From an uncultured Pseudomonadales bacterium (GTDB lineage: Bacteria; Patescibacteriota; Microgenomatia; UBA1400; MFAQ01): 64,000 nt of DNA. The notes under the pieces are model-generated. The model searched no databases, was not told where the DNA came from, and was given only the letters and a program-made list of their open reading frames with translations. Both the position numbers and the translations under genes were made by a program. Numbering within the stretch: position 1 is the first letter of the stretch; each line of letters begins with the position of its first letter. Shown here piece after piece: positions 18,216-27,607 of the stretch. Location of the stretch: contig CAZENT010000004.1 in assembly GCA_964513845.1 (NCBI GenBank), forward strand, positions 13,392-77,391, written 5' to 3'.

Positions 18216-19214
18216 ATGAAAATACTAGTTACTGGCGGTGCAGGCTTTATCGGTTCCAACTTTATTCATTACTGGTTAGAAAATCATCCGGCAGACGAGA
18301 TCATCAATTTTGATCTTCTTACCTATGCCGGTCATCTCAAGTCGCTAGAATCCATCAAAGATAATTCTCATTACTCTTTCATCAAAGGAGACATTACCGA
18401 CAGTCTGGCAGTAGAATCAGCCGTATCCCAAGTTGATGCTATTATTCACTTCGCAGCTGAAAGTCACGTCGACAGATCAATTCTTGATCCTTTGATTTTC
18501 ACTAAAACCAATATCATGGGAACTCAAGTCCTTCTTGAAGCCGCCAAAAAATACGGCATTAAGAAATTCCATCATGTTTCCACCGACGAAGTTTTTGGCG
18601 CCCTTCCCCTAGACAGCAACACTAAGTTCAGCGAGCAAACACCTTACAATCCACACAGCCCCTACGCCGCTTCCAAAGCCGCCTCGGATCACCTAGTCAG
18701 GGCATATTTCGACACTTTCAATGTTCCGGTGACAATCACCAACTGCAGTAATAATTTTGGCCCATATCAAGACCCCGAAAAATTTCTACCTCGCATGATC
18801 ACCAATCTTCTTTCAGGGGAAAAAGTTAAAGTCTACGGCGATGGCAAGTATGTCCGCGACTGGCTTCATGTGCTTGATCACTGTCGAGCAATCGACATGG
18901 TTTTCACCAAAGCCGCTTCCGGTAGTACCTACTGTGTTGGTTGGATGACCAGAGACGTGAATAATCTGGAAGTCGCTCAAAAAGTCATTAAGCTTTTGGG
19001 AATGGAACCCGACGAAAAAATCGAGTTTGTCACCGACCGTCCTGGTCACGATCGTCGCTACGCCGTCGACTGGACAAAGATAAACAAAGATCTCGGTTGG
19101 GAACCTTTATATGACTTTGATTCCTGGTTAGAGAAAACAGTCGCCTGGTACAAAGACAACGAAGCCTGGTGGAAGCCTCTCAAAGAAAAATCAGAATCCA
19201 TTTATAAAAAATAA
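18216..19214 (+). CDS. rmlB: dTDP-glucose 4,6-dehydratase
   Basis: GGAGFIGSN Rossmann motif, catalytic YAASKAASD (YxxxK). 332 aa, typical RmlB length and motifs. Confidence 0.85.
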   Translation: MKILVTGGAGFIGSNFIHYWLENHPADEIINFDLLTYAGHLKSLESIKDNSHYSFIKGDITDSLAVESAVSQVDAIIHFAAESHVDRSILDPLIFTKTNIMGTQVLLEAAKKYGIKKFHHVSTDEVFGALPLDSNTKFSEQTPYNPHSPYAASKAASDHLVRAYFDTFNVPVTITNCSNNFGPYQDPEKFLPRMITNLLSGEKVKVYGDGKYVRDWLHVLDHCRAIDMVFTKAASGSTYCVGWMTRDVNNLEVAQKVIKLLGMEPDEKIEFVTDRPGHDRRYAVDWTKINKDLGWEPLYDFDSWLEKTVAWYKDNEAWWKPLKEKSESIYKK

Positions 19215-20107
19215 TGTCAAAAGAAAAAATATTAGTCACGGGTGCTTCAGGATTAGTCGGCTCACGCTTTGTTGAGCTCTCAAAAAATTACAATTTTTTC
19301 ACTCCTGAGTATCCCGAGTTCGATCTTACCAATATTGATTCTGTAAAAATAGCCATCGAAAAATACTATCCGGAATGGATAGTTAACTTCGCCGCTTTTA
19401 CCGATGTCAATGCCGCCGAAGCTCAGACAAGGGACGAGTCCGGCACGGCGTGGAAAGTCAATGTTGATGGTGTAAACAATCTAGTTAGCTGTTTCCCCTC
19501 AGAAAAAATTATCCATATTTCGACCGACATGGTTTTCCCAGGTGATGTCGACAATCCCGGCCCATATTCCGAGTCCGACAAAACTCCAGACTCACCCAAA
19601 ACGCTAACCTGGTATGGTTGGACCAAAAATCGTGCCGAAAAGATCATTCTTGCTCATGGTGGCTCAGTTCTCCGTATTATTTATCCGGTGAGAGCTCACT
19701 ACGACGCCAAGCTCGACTACATTCGTGGCGCTCTCAAAAAATACTCCGACGGCAAGATGTATCCTCTTTTCAATGATCAGCAAATCAGTATTTCTTTCAT
19801 CGATGAAGTGGCTGAAACTCTTCAAAAAATTATCGATACCGAAAGCTCAGGCATATTTCACTGTAGCTCCGACACCACCACCCCATACGAGCTCATTACC
19901 TTTACTGTTGACCAGCTCGGGGGAGATGCTTCGACCATCAAGTCAGCCTCCATCAATAAATTCTTGGAAACACAGGCAAATAAAAATCGCTATCCCATCT
20001 GGGGCGGTTTAAAAACAGTCAAAACTGAAGAAAAGCTTGATCTCCATTTTTCCACTTGGCAGACTGTAGTTGAAAAACTCATTGGTCAGGGGTTATCCTT
20101 AAAGTAA
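19214..20107 (+). CDS. rmlD: dTDP-4-dehydrorhamnose reductase-like NAD(P)-dependent epimerase/reductase
   Basis: TGASGLVGSRF Rossmann motif. 297 aa, position after rmlB. No rmlC seen in window. Confidence 0.6.
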   Translation: MSKEKILVTGASGLVGSRFVELSKNYNFFTPEYPEFDLTNIDSVKIAIEKYYPEWIVNFAAFTDVNAAEAQTRDESGTAWKVNVDGVNNLVSCFPSEKIIHISTDMVFPGDVDNPGPYSESDKTPDSPKTLTWYGWTKNRAEKIILAHGGSVLRIIYPVRAHYDAKLDYIRGALKKYSDGKMYPLFNDQQISISFIDEVAETLQKIIDTESSGIFHCSSDTTTPYELITFTVDQLGGDASTIKSASINKFLETQANKNRYPIWGGLKTVKTEEKLDLHFSTWQTVVEKLIGQGLSLK

Positions 20108-20883
20108 TGAAGCTTTTTACAAGCCTCTTATTAATCACGTCTTTTCTTCCGATTTTCTTTACGTCTTCTACGACTGTCTTTGCTGATGCCAAATCGGATT
20201 ACGAATATCAATACAGTCAGTATCGTCAAAATTACATCGAATACACCGTTCTTAAAAAAGATTACTTAGAGAATCCCACCCTCGACAATCAGCAAAAAGC
20301 CGTTCTCGCCGCCAAACAAACTCTATCCTCAAGAGATCTGGCCAAAGCTTACTTCGCCGCTTACCTTCTTGATCTTTGTCAGCCAAAACAAACCAATTAC
20401 TCAACCTTAGATCCAATTCTCAACTCTTTAAACGCTGCTGGCAAATATTTTTTAAACGAGGCCGAAAAATCAAAAACAATCGTTACTCCGGCCAACTTAG
20501 TTTCGTATACTCAAGAATACAAAATCTCATCCGTTGAACATAATCGCAGTTTTAGAACCGGTGTCACCGCTTGTAAAATTTCTCAGCTAGTTCGCATTCA
20601 AACTCAATCAAAAAACGCTTTAGATGTCATTCTCCCCAAGCTTTCAACTCCGCTATCCACTCCAATTCAAGCCAGAATAGACGATCTTCAAGCACAGGGC
20701 AATAAAATTAATGAGGCAATAAATACTCTCACAGAAAAACTCTTCAGCGATGAAGAAATCAGCAATATCGACAATGATTATTACTTTACCAACAAAAACG
20801 AAGCTATCAGAAAAATCAAAGCTCTCCAATTAAAATGGATCGATAGTCTTATCGATATAGACGTAAACTATGCCCATTCCTAA
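20107..20883 (+). CDS. Hypothetical secreted protein
   Basis: Signal peptide (LLLITSFLPIFFTSSTTVFA), Q/Y-rich. No motif recognised. Confidence 0.4.
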   Translation: MKLFTSLLLITSFLPIFFTSSTTVFADAKSDYEYQYSQYRQNYIEYTVLKKDYLENPTLDNQQKAVLAAKQTLSSRDLAKAYFAAYLLDLCQPKQTNYSTLDPILNSLNAAGKYFLNEAEKSKTIVTPANLVSYTQEYKISSVEHNRSFRTGVTACKISQLVRIQTQSKNALDVILPKLSTPLSTPIQARIDDLQAQGNKINEAINTLTEKLFSDEEISNIDNDYYFTNKNEAIRKIKALQLKWIDSLIDIDVNYAHS

Positions 20884-21235
20884 ACTCGAAATCACCAACC
20901 CAGAAGCTATCGAGCTCATCAACAAATTCAAATCCGGTGAAGTTTTCGCGCCACTCAAAGCTTGGCTTAACAAATACAAATGGTATCTCGTTTCCGCTCT
21001 AATCGTCATTGTTCTCATAATCGCCATTGCCATTGGTAAAAAACTTTCGGAAAAAAATGCCGTTCCTGTATTTACTCCTCCAGACATCGAAAGCATTAGT
21101 CCCACCGAAACATCCACTATCAAATCAGATTTTTCTGGGCTTAAAGAAGAAATCCAAAATATCAACACGGATCTGCCCGATCCCTTTATTCCCACGTTTG
21201 ACAACGACATAAATCTTGAAGAAAAGACTAACTAA
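20870..21235 (+). CDS. Hypothetical single-pass membrane protein
   Basis: 121 aa with central TM (WYLVSALIVIVLIIAIAIG). Preferred over antisense ORF 20830..21210 on strand-consistency grounds. Confidence 0.35.
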   Translation: MPIPKLEITNPEAIELINKFKSGEVFAPLKAWLNKYKWYLVSALIVIVLIIAIAIGKKLSEKNAVPVFTPPDIESISPTETSTIKSDFSGLKEEIQNINTDLPDPFIPTFDNDINLEEKTN

Positions 21236-21262
21236 AATCATTAATGTGATAACATAAAAATC

Positions 21263-21991
21263 ATGGCCAAAGATACACCCAAAAAAACAATTAAAAAAAT
21301 AACAACCACTATGCCAAAGACCAGTACAAAAACAAAAAAGGCTGTCAAGGTTATCAAAACAATGAGAACTCTTCCAGATCAAGAGGTTTCAGTTTCCACC
21401 AAAAAGTTTAACCCCATTTTTCTGGTCAAAGTCCTTCTCGTAATCGCTATCGGCGTTGTTGTCTTCTTATTAGTTCAAAAAAACAGATCCCTGTTTGTTG
21501 TCGGCACAGTCAACAAATCTCCTGTCACACGCTGGGAATTAAATTCCAAAATGGCCGAGAAATATGCCACCCAAACATTTGAAGAAATTATTTCCGAAAA
21601 ACTTTTAAACGAAAATCTTAAGAAAAATAAGATTGTCGTAACTGATCAAGAGGTTCAAGATGAGCTCGCCAAAATCAAAGTTCAGTATGGTGGAGAAGAG
21701 CAATTCAAGGCCGCCATCGCTCAATTTGGTATGACCGAAGCTAAAGCACTTCAGTCAATTGAACAGAGTATTGGTCTTAAAAAACTCATCGAAGCTTCAA
21801 ACAAAATCGAAATCACCGACGAAGCCGTTTCTAAGTATTTCACTGAGAACAAAGCCAACTACGCCGACAAGAAGCTTGAAGATGTTGCTGCAGAGATTAA
21901 AGACTCGTTATATCAGCAAGAAATCTATACCAAATCACAAGAATGGTATTCTCAGATTAGAAAAGACGCTAAAGTCAGTAATTACCTCTAA
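21263..21991 (+). CDS. SurA/PpiD N-terminal-domain-like membrane-anchored chaperone (no PPIase domain)
   Basis: Basic N-terminus, one TM, then domain resembling the SurA N-terminal chaperone module (NKSPVTRWELNSKMAEKYATQ...TDQEVQDELAKIK). Confidence 0.45.
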   Translation: MAKDTPKKTIKKITTTMPKTSTKTKKAVKVIKTMRTLPDQEVSVSTKKFNPIFLVKVLLVIAIGVVVFLLVQKNRSLFVVGTVNKSPVTRWELNSKMAEKYATQTFEEIISEKLLNENLKKNKIVVTDQEVQDELAKIKVQYGGEEQFKAAIAQFGMTEAKALQSIEQSIGLKKLIEASNKIEITDEAVSKYFTENKANYADKKLEDVAAEIKDSLYQQEIYTKSQEWYSQIRKDAKVSNYL

Positions 21992-22006
21992 ATCCATCAC
22001 TGCCCT

Positions 22007-22822
22007 GTGAAAAAAAAGAAGAAGCTTGCGCCAAAGGTTGCACCCAAAATATCAATAAAAAGAGCAAGGGAGTTTGCCATCAAATGGTCGACTCCTTTGC
22101 TTACGTCAGTGATCGTCATCGCTCTCACAGCCATTTCGTTTGTTATTAGTCACAACGAAAAAAAAGAACAAGTCCAAACAGGATCAGAAGTAGTTCAATT
22201 GGTTCTTCCGGCTGACTCTATTGCCCTTCCTCTTCCCGACTATCGCAGTAGTAACTCTATTGAATTAGTTCTAAAAAACAGAAAATCAAGACTCGACTTT
22301 ACCGACGCTCCACTTTCTCTCAAACAAATTTCACAGCTTCTCTGGTCCGCCCAAGGAGTCAATGTTGACTGGGGTGATCGCACTGCTCCCTCGTCCAAAT
22401 CCACCTATCCACTTACGATTTACTTGATTGCCAACAATATTACTGGGCTTGATGCCGGTGAGTATCAATACATTCCCGGAGACAGAACCATGCTTCATCA
22501 GTTAAAGCCCATCAAAAAAGTTGAGATGGGGGAGGCTCTTTTTAATCTTCTCAATCAAAGCTCGTTCAAAAAAATCCCCGCAGTCTTCGTCATTACAGGG
22601 AACATGAATAAAATGGCCGAAGCGTATGGTGGTATCCCTCACAACAAAGAGGTTTTTCTCGAAGCCGGCTACGCCGCGCAAAATGTTGCTCTGGCTGTAG
22701 AAAGCCTCAAGCTGGGGACAACAGTCAACACCAACTTTGATGAGCTCAAGTTGCGAGAGCTAATTACTGTGCTAAGCTCAGATACTATTATCGCCCTAAT
22801 GCCCATTGGCAATCCAAAATAA
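22007..22822 (+). CDS. SagB-type / nitroreductase-family protein, membrane anchored
   Basis: GTG start. Nitroreductase-fold blocks: LKNRKSRLDFT, SKSTYPLTIYL (cf. SagB PSAGxxYP), C-terminal GY..QN..LA.ESL.LG. Confidence 0.5.
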   Translation: MKKKKKLAPKVAPKISIKRAREFAIKWSTPLLTSVIVIALTAISFVISHNEKKEQVQTGSEVVQLVLPADSIALPLPDYRSSNSIELVLKNRKSRLDFTDAPLSLKQISQLLWSAQGVNVDWGDRTAPSSKSTYPLTIYLIANNITGLDAGEYQYIPGDRTMLHQLKPIKKVEMGEALFNLLNQSSFKKIPAVFVITGNMNKMAEAYGGIPHNKEVFLEAGYAAQNVALAVESLKLGTTVNTNFDELKLRELITVLSSDTIIALMPIGNPK

Positions 22823-22827
22823 TAACC

Positions 22828-23070
22828 ATGGAAGAATACAAACAATCTAGCATGTTAACCTCCGATGGTACCAAGCCAGACAGTAGTATTGTTAGTCGAA
22901 ACATGGATAATGAAGCAGATCTGATTTTTCAAACAGAAGAACAAAAGAAAATTGCTCTTGATCTTATTAAAGAAGGAGAAGCAACAGATCTTCGTGATGC
23001 TTGGACAAAAATGAGAGCTGACGCTATAAATGATCCGGTAAACCAGGTCCATGTAAGAATAAAGAAATAA
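22828..23070 (+). CDS. Small hypothetical protein (80 aa)
   Basis: ORF only. Acidic. Convergent with trmD. Confidence 0.3.
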   Translation: MEEYKQSSMLTSDGTKPDSSIVSRNMDNEADLIFQTEEQKKIALDLIKEGEATDLRDAWTKMRADAINDPVNQVHVRIKK

Positions 23071-23076
23071 GTAGAA

Positions 23077-23709
23077 TTACTTACTCTTTCTCCACTCCGC
23101 AATTTTCTTATGATCCCCCGAAAGTAGTATCTCTGGCACATTCCAACCCTTGTAATCGGCCGGTCGGGTGTACTGAGGATACTCAGTCTCAAACTCTTCC
23201 GAGTAAGACTCTTCTTCAAGTGATTTAGGATTTCCCAAGGCTCCGGGAAGCAATCGAACGATTGAGTCTACCATTACCATCACCGGCAGCTCTCCGCCAG
23301 ACAAAACATAAGGTCCAATAGAATACACTTCGTCAACCAAGTTATCGTGAACTCGATGATCAATGCCTTCAAAATGGGGGGCTATCATGATCAAATGTTC
23401 TTCACTTTTTAGTGTTTCAGCCACTTTTTGGCTATACATTTTACCCTTTGTATCGAGCAATATTACTTTGCTTCCGGGTTTTTTCAGATCAGCCAGGGCT
23501 CGGTCAATTACGTCCACTCTCATCACCATACCGGCTCCGCCCCCAAAAGGACGATCGTCCACACTTTTGTAATTATCATCGCTCCAGTCACGCAGATTAT
23601 GCACTTTAATCTCCACCACACCCGTCCCCGTGGCTCTGCCAATGATAGATGTCCCAAAAACTTTATCAAACATCTCCGGAAATATCGTCAAAATATCGAT
23701 TTTCATCAA
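23077..23709 (-). CDS. trmD: tRNA (guanine37-N1)-methyltransferase
   Basis: MKIDILTIFPEMF... and GYEGIDHRV/SIGPYVLSGGELP blocks characteristic of TrmD (SPOUT fold). 210 aa. Confidence 0.9.
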   Translation of the reverse strand: MMKIDILTIFPEMFDKVFGTSIIGRATGTGVVEIKVHNLRDWSDDNYKSVDDRPFGGGAGMVMRVDVIDRALADLKKPGSKVILLDTKGKMYSQKVAETLKSEEHLIMIAPHFEGIDHRVHDNLVDEVYSIGPYVLSGGELPVMVMVDSIVRLLPGALGNPKSLEEESYSEEFETEYPQYTRPADYKGWNVPEILLSGDHKKIAEWRKSK

Positions 23710-23880
23710 GCTATATTATACCAACCCCATAATGACGTAGTAATTATGGGTGTTTCAGTATAAGAGGAAGCGCAAGATTTTTCAGATACATAACGAAGTT
23801 ATGATGAAAAATCGAGCAAGCTCTTATATCAAGCTCAAATCATTTTCGAACAAATGGTATATATTTCACCTTCCGTTTGG

Positions 23881-24025
23881 CATTTAGTATTTTTGACAAT
23901 AAGTCGCACGTCCGTACATTTTCTTGATTTTCAGACTACTGTCTGCGAGCCTACGCGACGAGCGGGCGAGAATCAAGAAAATAGGAACCGACGGGCACCG
24001 AAGGTGACGTCATAAAATACTAAAT
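23881..24025. ncRNA. Candidate structured RNA / nested imperfect palindrome (6S-RNA-like topology) in trmD-CDGSH intergenic region
   Basis: Outer arms catttagtatttttgac (23881-23897) and gtcataaaatactaaatg (24008-24025) are reverse complements with one indel. Inner arms attttcttgatt (23918-23929) and aatcaagaaaat (23970-23981) are a perfect 12-bp stem. ~20x22-nt internal loop and 36-nt GC-richer apical region. Strand unknown. Confidence 0.3.
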
Positions 24026-24122
24026 GACAAAAGAGGAAGGGGGATATTCTAATTAATTCTGAAAAAGCACACGCTCGGTCCTCAGAAAGATAAGTACGAG
24101 AGGAATCAAGAACTCAAATAGT

Positions 24123-24398
24123 TTGATATATAATCAACCTATGCCAAGACTAGTCAAAAAAACAGCTCACGGTCCGGTTATGGTTGGGGATAAAGCCATC
24201 TGTATGTGCGGTCTGAGTAAAAATCAGCCTTTTTGCGATGGTTCTCACGTCAAAACAATTGACGAAGACGAGAAAAAACTCTACTGGTACGACGACGATG
24301 GAAAACAGACTATCGTTGAAACAGATGAGGGTTGCGAAGAAGAGTGTTGTGGTAAATGTTCCAGTGACTGTTGTAAAGAAGATAAAAAAGCTAAATAA
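24123..24398 (+). CDS. CDGSH-type iron-sulfur domain protein with Cys-rich C-terminal tail
   Basis: CMCGLSKNQPFCDGSH matches the CDGSH [2Fe-2S] signature. Tail CEEECCGKCSSDCC. Start may be 24141. Confidence 0.7.
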   Translation: MIYNQPMPRLVKKTAHGPVMVGDKAICMCGLSKNQPFCDGSHVKTIDEDEKKLYWYDDDGKQTIVETDEGCEEECCGKCSSDCCKEDKKAK

Positions 24399-24400
24399 CT

Positions 24401-25582
24401 ATGGAAAAACTTCCCATCGCTGTTGTTGTCATCCCTACTTACAACGAGGCCGAGACGATAGGAGAAATGATCGACACTCTTTGTGCCAAAGTTTTTCCTA
24501 AAATCAAAGACTACCAGTGCAAACTTTTGGTAGTGGACGACACTTCTCCAGACGGCACTTACAAAATTGTTCAAGCCAAGCAGAAAAAATACTCAAATCT
24601 TGAGCTTTATTTGAATCCCACCAAAGCCGGAATCGGCGGAGCGTATGTCAAAGGCTTCAGACATGCCATGTCCGCTCTCAAGGCCGATGTCTTGATCGAA
24701 TTCGATGCAGATTTTCAACATCCACCCAAAGACATTCCGGTTTTACTCAAAGAAATTTCCAATGGTTATGACTATGTTTTAGGATCACGCAAAATTAAAG
24801 GTGGTAGTAATCCCAAAGGCTGGGGTTTCAAACGAGTCTTTTTTAGTGAAGCCGGCGGTATGGTCGCCAGACTAGTTCTTTTCTTCCCTTCCAAAATGTT
24901 CTTCAAGATTACCGACCCTACCACGGGCCTCAAAGCTTCTCGGGTCAAAGGCTTTGTTGATACTATGGACATGGATCATTTGTATTCCAGAAGTTTTGGC
25001 TACAAGCTTGAGTTTCTTTACAAAATGGTTCAGCTTGGAGCCAAGGTCAAAGAAATTCCACTCAAGTTCGGACTTCGCACCAAAGGCGAGTCCAAGATCG
25101 AGCCCAAAACAGCTAAGGATGTATTTCGTTCCGTCTTTCTTCTTAGATGGTCAGATCCTACCACCAAGAAATTTATCAAATTCGGCTGCATCGGTCTTTT
25201 TGGCTTTGTCATCAACAAAGTCGGTTTAGATGTTTTTGCCAAAGGACTCCAAAATTTGATCAATACCGTTGGTGTCAGAAACTTTGTGGCCAATGCTCTC
25301 GCCGCCGAAGTATCTATCATCAGCAACTTTATTCTTAACAATCTTTGGACTTTCAAAAACGAGAAACTTATCTGGGGCAAAAAACTCATTCAAAAATTTG
25401 CCACCTTCAATCTCAGCTCTGTTATTTCCGGCATCATTATTCCTAGTATCATTATCGGAGCCGGTACCCAAATTTTTGGAGATCAATATCGCTTCCTCTT
25501 CCTCGTCATTGCCGTGTTCTTCTTCACTGTTCCCCTCAACTGGTTCATCTACAACCTCATCATCTGGAAGAAAAAGAAATAA
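24401..25582 (+). CDS. Polyprenol-phosphate glycosyltransferase (GT2, DPM1/ArnC/GtrB-like) fused to GtrA-like C-terminal membrane domain
   Basis: N-terminal VVIPTYNE...VVDDTSPDGT...DADFQHPP GT2 signature. C-terminal 4-TM GtrA-like region (KFIKFGCIGLFGFVINKVGLDVF...). Confidence 0.8.
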   Translation: MEKLPIAVVVIPTYNEAETIGEMIDTLCAKVFPKIKDYQCKLLVVDDTSPDGTYKIVQAKQKKYSNLELYLNPTKAGIGGAYVKGFRHAMSALKADVLIEFDADFQHPPKDIPVLLKEISNGYDYVLGSRKIKGGSNPKGWGFKRVFFSEAGGMVARLVLFFPSKMFFKITDPTTGLKASRVKGFVDTMDMDHLYSRSFGYKLEFLYKMVQLGAKVKEIPLKFGLRTKGESKIEPKTAKDVFRSVFLLRWSDPTTKKFIKFGCIGLFGFVINKVGLDVFAKGLQNLINTVGVRNFVANALAAEVSIISNFILNNLWTFKNEKLIWGKKLIQKFATFNLSSVISGIIIPSIIIGAGTQIFGDQYRFLFLVIAVFFFTVPLNWFIYNLIIWKKKK

Positions 25583-25619
25583 CTTTATATTCGGGTAATC
25601 TATGGTATATACTTGATTA

Positions 25620-26300
25620 ATGTCATGGATATTTTTGGATGAAAGTGGCCAATTTTTCAAAAATGAAAAACAAAAATATTTTGTAGTTGGGTCTTTTACA
25701 ACTGGTAATCCAAATAGAACTAAAAAAGGATTTAAATCTTGGCAAACTCAAAAATTTCCCAAAAAACAAAAAGGTCAGTCAGAAATAAAGTTTTCAGACA
25801 TAAAAATTGATGATAAATTAAGAATCAAAACCCTGAATCATTTGTCTGGTCTTGATATCAGAATCATGTATGTTTTTCTATTAACAGACAATATTCCAAG
25901 CGAATATCGTAAAAAAAATAAAGTTGTTGACACTGGGTTGCTTTATGTAAATGTAATAGGTGAACTGTTAGAGATGTATCTTCCTTGTACAGACAAAGAG
26001 TTTAGAATTTTTTGTGACAAGCGTCACCTTAAAGGTATTACAACCTCTGAATTTAAAAAGTTGTTAACAAACAGACTTTCTCCTCAATTACCATCATCAA
26101 CAATTGTTCAAATTGAAATGATTGATTCAACTACAAATCCAAATATTCAAATTGCTGATTGGATTTCAAGTGCTTTAGGTAGATCGTTTAATGGAGGAGA
26201 AATGGGGAGTGAATGCAAATTATCTCTTAAAAACAATATTGTTTCAGAAAAAGAATTATTTAAAGATTATTGGGCAAAAAAACAAAAAACTCGAACTTAA
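25620..26300 (+). CDS. DUF3800-family protein
   Basis: N-terminal IFLDESG and C-terminal QIADWISSAL blocks match the DUF3800 signature. Markedly AT-rich codon usage relative to neighbours. Followed by its own terminator. Confidence 0.6.
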   Translation: MSWIFLDESGQFFKNEKQKYFVVGSFTTGNPNRTKKGFKSWQTQKFPKKQKGQSEIKFSDIKIDDKLRIKTLNHLSGLDIRIMYVFLLTDNIPSEYRKKNKVVDTGLLYVNVIGELLEMYLPCTDKEFRIFCDKRHLKGITTSEFKKLLTNRLSPQLPSSTIVQIEMIDSTTNPNIQIADWISSALGRSFNGGEMGSECKLSLKNNIVSEKELFKDYWAKKQKTRT

Positions 26301-26314
26301 TCGAGTGTTTTGTT
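26290..26314 (+). terminator. Rho-independent terminator-like hairpin (CTCGA-acttaa-TCGAG + TGTTTTGTT)
   Basis: 5-bp GC-containing stem overlapping the DUF3800 stop, followed by T-rich run. Sits at a convergent gene junction. Confidence 0.4.
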
Positions 26315-26471
26315 AGAAGCAGCGTCTTTCAAAGTGGTTTTCTTCGACTTTTGTTCCGGATTCTCCGGAGGAACACCAAAGCACTTAGAAAGTTATTATT
26401 GCTAGCCTCTGTCAACATAATATGACAAGGTAAGGTGAATGTCAAGTCACAGGCACAAAAAGATGCAAAAA

Positions 26472-27587
26472 TTACAAATACGGAGCCCAGTCGGCAATTG
26501 GAGCCAGATTATTCAATAAGAAGTTCCAGCTAAATAAAAGTATCGGGATGGTCAAGATTGCCATCACAATCTTGAACTCTTTTTTCTGAATCAAGCTATC
26601 CCAGCCAATTAGAACAAATGGCGCGATAGGTAGTATGTAGCGGCTTATATCACGGTGTGCCACAGTCAGAGTAGCCAGGAAAAACAATCCAGAAAAATAC
26701 ATCTCGATATTCATTTTTTTCTCCTTCAGTTTGGCGATCCCCAAGCCAAAGATTAGCCATGTCCAGATCACGTCTTCCAGCCAGAAGTTACCCACCCAGA
26801 ACTGACCCTTTGGGGCAAAGATCGAGAACGGTGGCCAAAAAAGATGAATATTGTCCCCACTATTAAAGTAAGCCCAAAAGTCACCCGTTCGTATTCCAAA
26901 AAAACCAAACAAACCAAAGATAGCCAAAAACTGAATCATCAAGGGAGCATATTTAAACTGAATTTTCTTAAGTTTGATAGACTCCACCAAGGCGAATAAT
27001 CCGTAAGCACCAAGCAAAATAATCGCCGGACTCTTAGTCAATTGGGCGAGGGCTCCAAACAATCCCGCCAGCCAAAATTTTTCTTTACGAAAGTAAAAAA
27101 TACTGGCAATTATAAAAAGCAAAAACCAGGGTTCAGGAGAGCCAATACTGCGCACCGCCACCCAGCGAGCCGGCAAGATCAAGAAAACCAAACATAGCCA
27201 AAGTGGATTTTTACTGAAGCCAAACTCTTTTAGATACCTAAAAAGCATCAAGAAACACAAAACCGATCCCAGTAGTGTAGCCAAAAGCATCGCCGTAGGT
27301 CCCTTTAGTACCGAGTCAAATACGGAGATAATGGCAGGATATAAAGGGAAATGCGCCGGGTAATACTCAGCCGGTAGGGGACTAGAAAATTTACTCTTTA
27401 TTGCTTCGATGTTGTACCAAGTTTTTTCGACGATCAAGTAATTCGGTCCATCATAATTTTGCCATAGAATTTTTGATCCAACCGAAAAATCCATACCCCA
27501 TCCAGGTAGTTGTATCTTGGTGATAAAGGGCAACCAAACAACAAGGGAAAATAGGATAACGGCGATAGCTAAATATAGGCGTTTCAT
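26472..27587 (-). CDS. Polytopic membrane protein, putative GT-C-fold glycosyltransferase (GT87/DUF2029-like)
   Basis: >=9 predicted TM segments. Start placed at MKRLYLAIAVILF (27587) rather than the upstream extension to 27671. Minus strand within a plus-strand array. Confidence 0.5.
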   Translation of the reverse strand: MKRLYLAIAVILFSLVVWLPFITKIQLPGWGMDFSVGSKILWQNYDGPNYLIVEKTWYNIEAIKSKFSSPLPAEYYPAHFPLYPAIISVFDSVLKGPTAMLLATLLGSVLCFLMLFRYLKEFGFSKNPLWLCLVFLILPARWVAVRSIGSPEPWFLLFIIASIFYFRKEKFWLAGLFGALAQLTKSPAIILLGAYGLFALVESIKLKKIQFKYAPLMIQFLAIFGLFGFFGIRTGDFWAYFNSGDNIHLFWPPFSIFAPKGQFWVGNFWLEDVIWTWLIFGLGIAKLKEKKMNIEMYFSGLFFLATLTVAHRDISRYILPIAPFVLIGWDSLIQKKEFKIVMAILTIPILLFSWNFLLNNLAPIADWAPYL

Positions 27588-27607
27588 GTACCTATTAGTA
27601 TATACTT

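Noticed and set aside
20830-21210. 126-aa minus-strand ORF
   Set aside because: Mutually exclusive with plus-strand ORF 20870..21235. The latter has a clean TM segment and matches the orientation of all flanking genes. Assignment remains low confidence.
23412-23763. Plus-strand ORFs (65-111 aa) overlapping trmD
   Set aside because: Antisense to trmD, whose protein matches the family along its whole length.
26315-26471. Possible tRNA or small RNA in the convergent spacer (ttccggattctccggagg palindromes)
   Set aside because: No T-loop (GTTCRANYC) or acceptor-stem complementarity. Only short TCCGGA palindromes. Could still be a weak bidirectional terminator.
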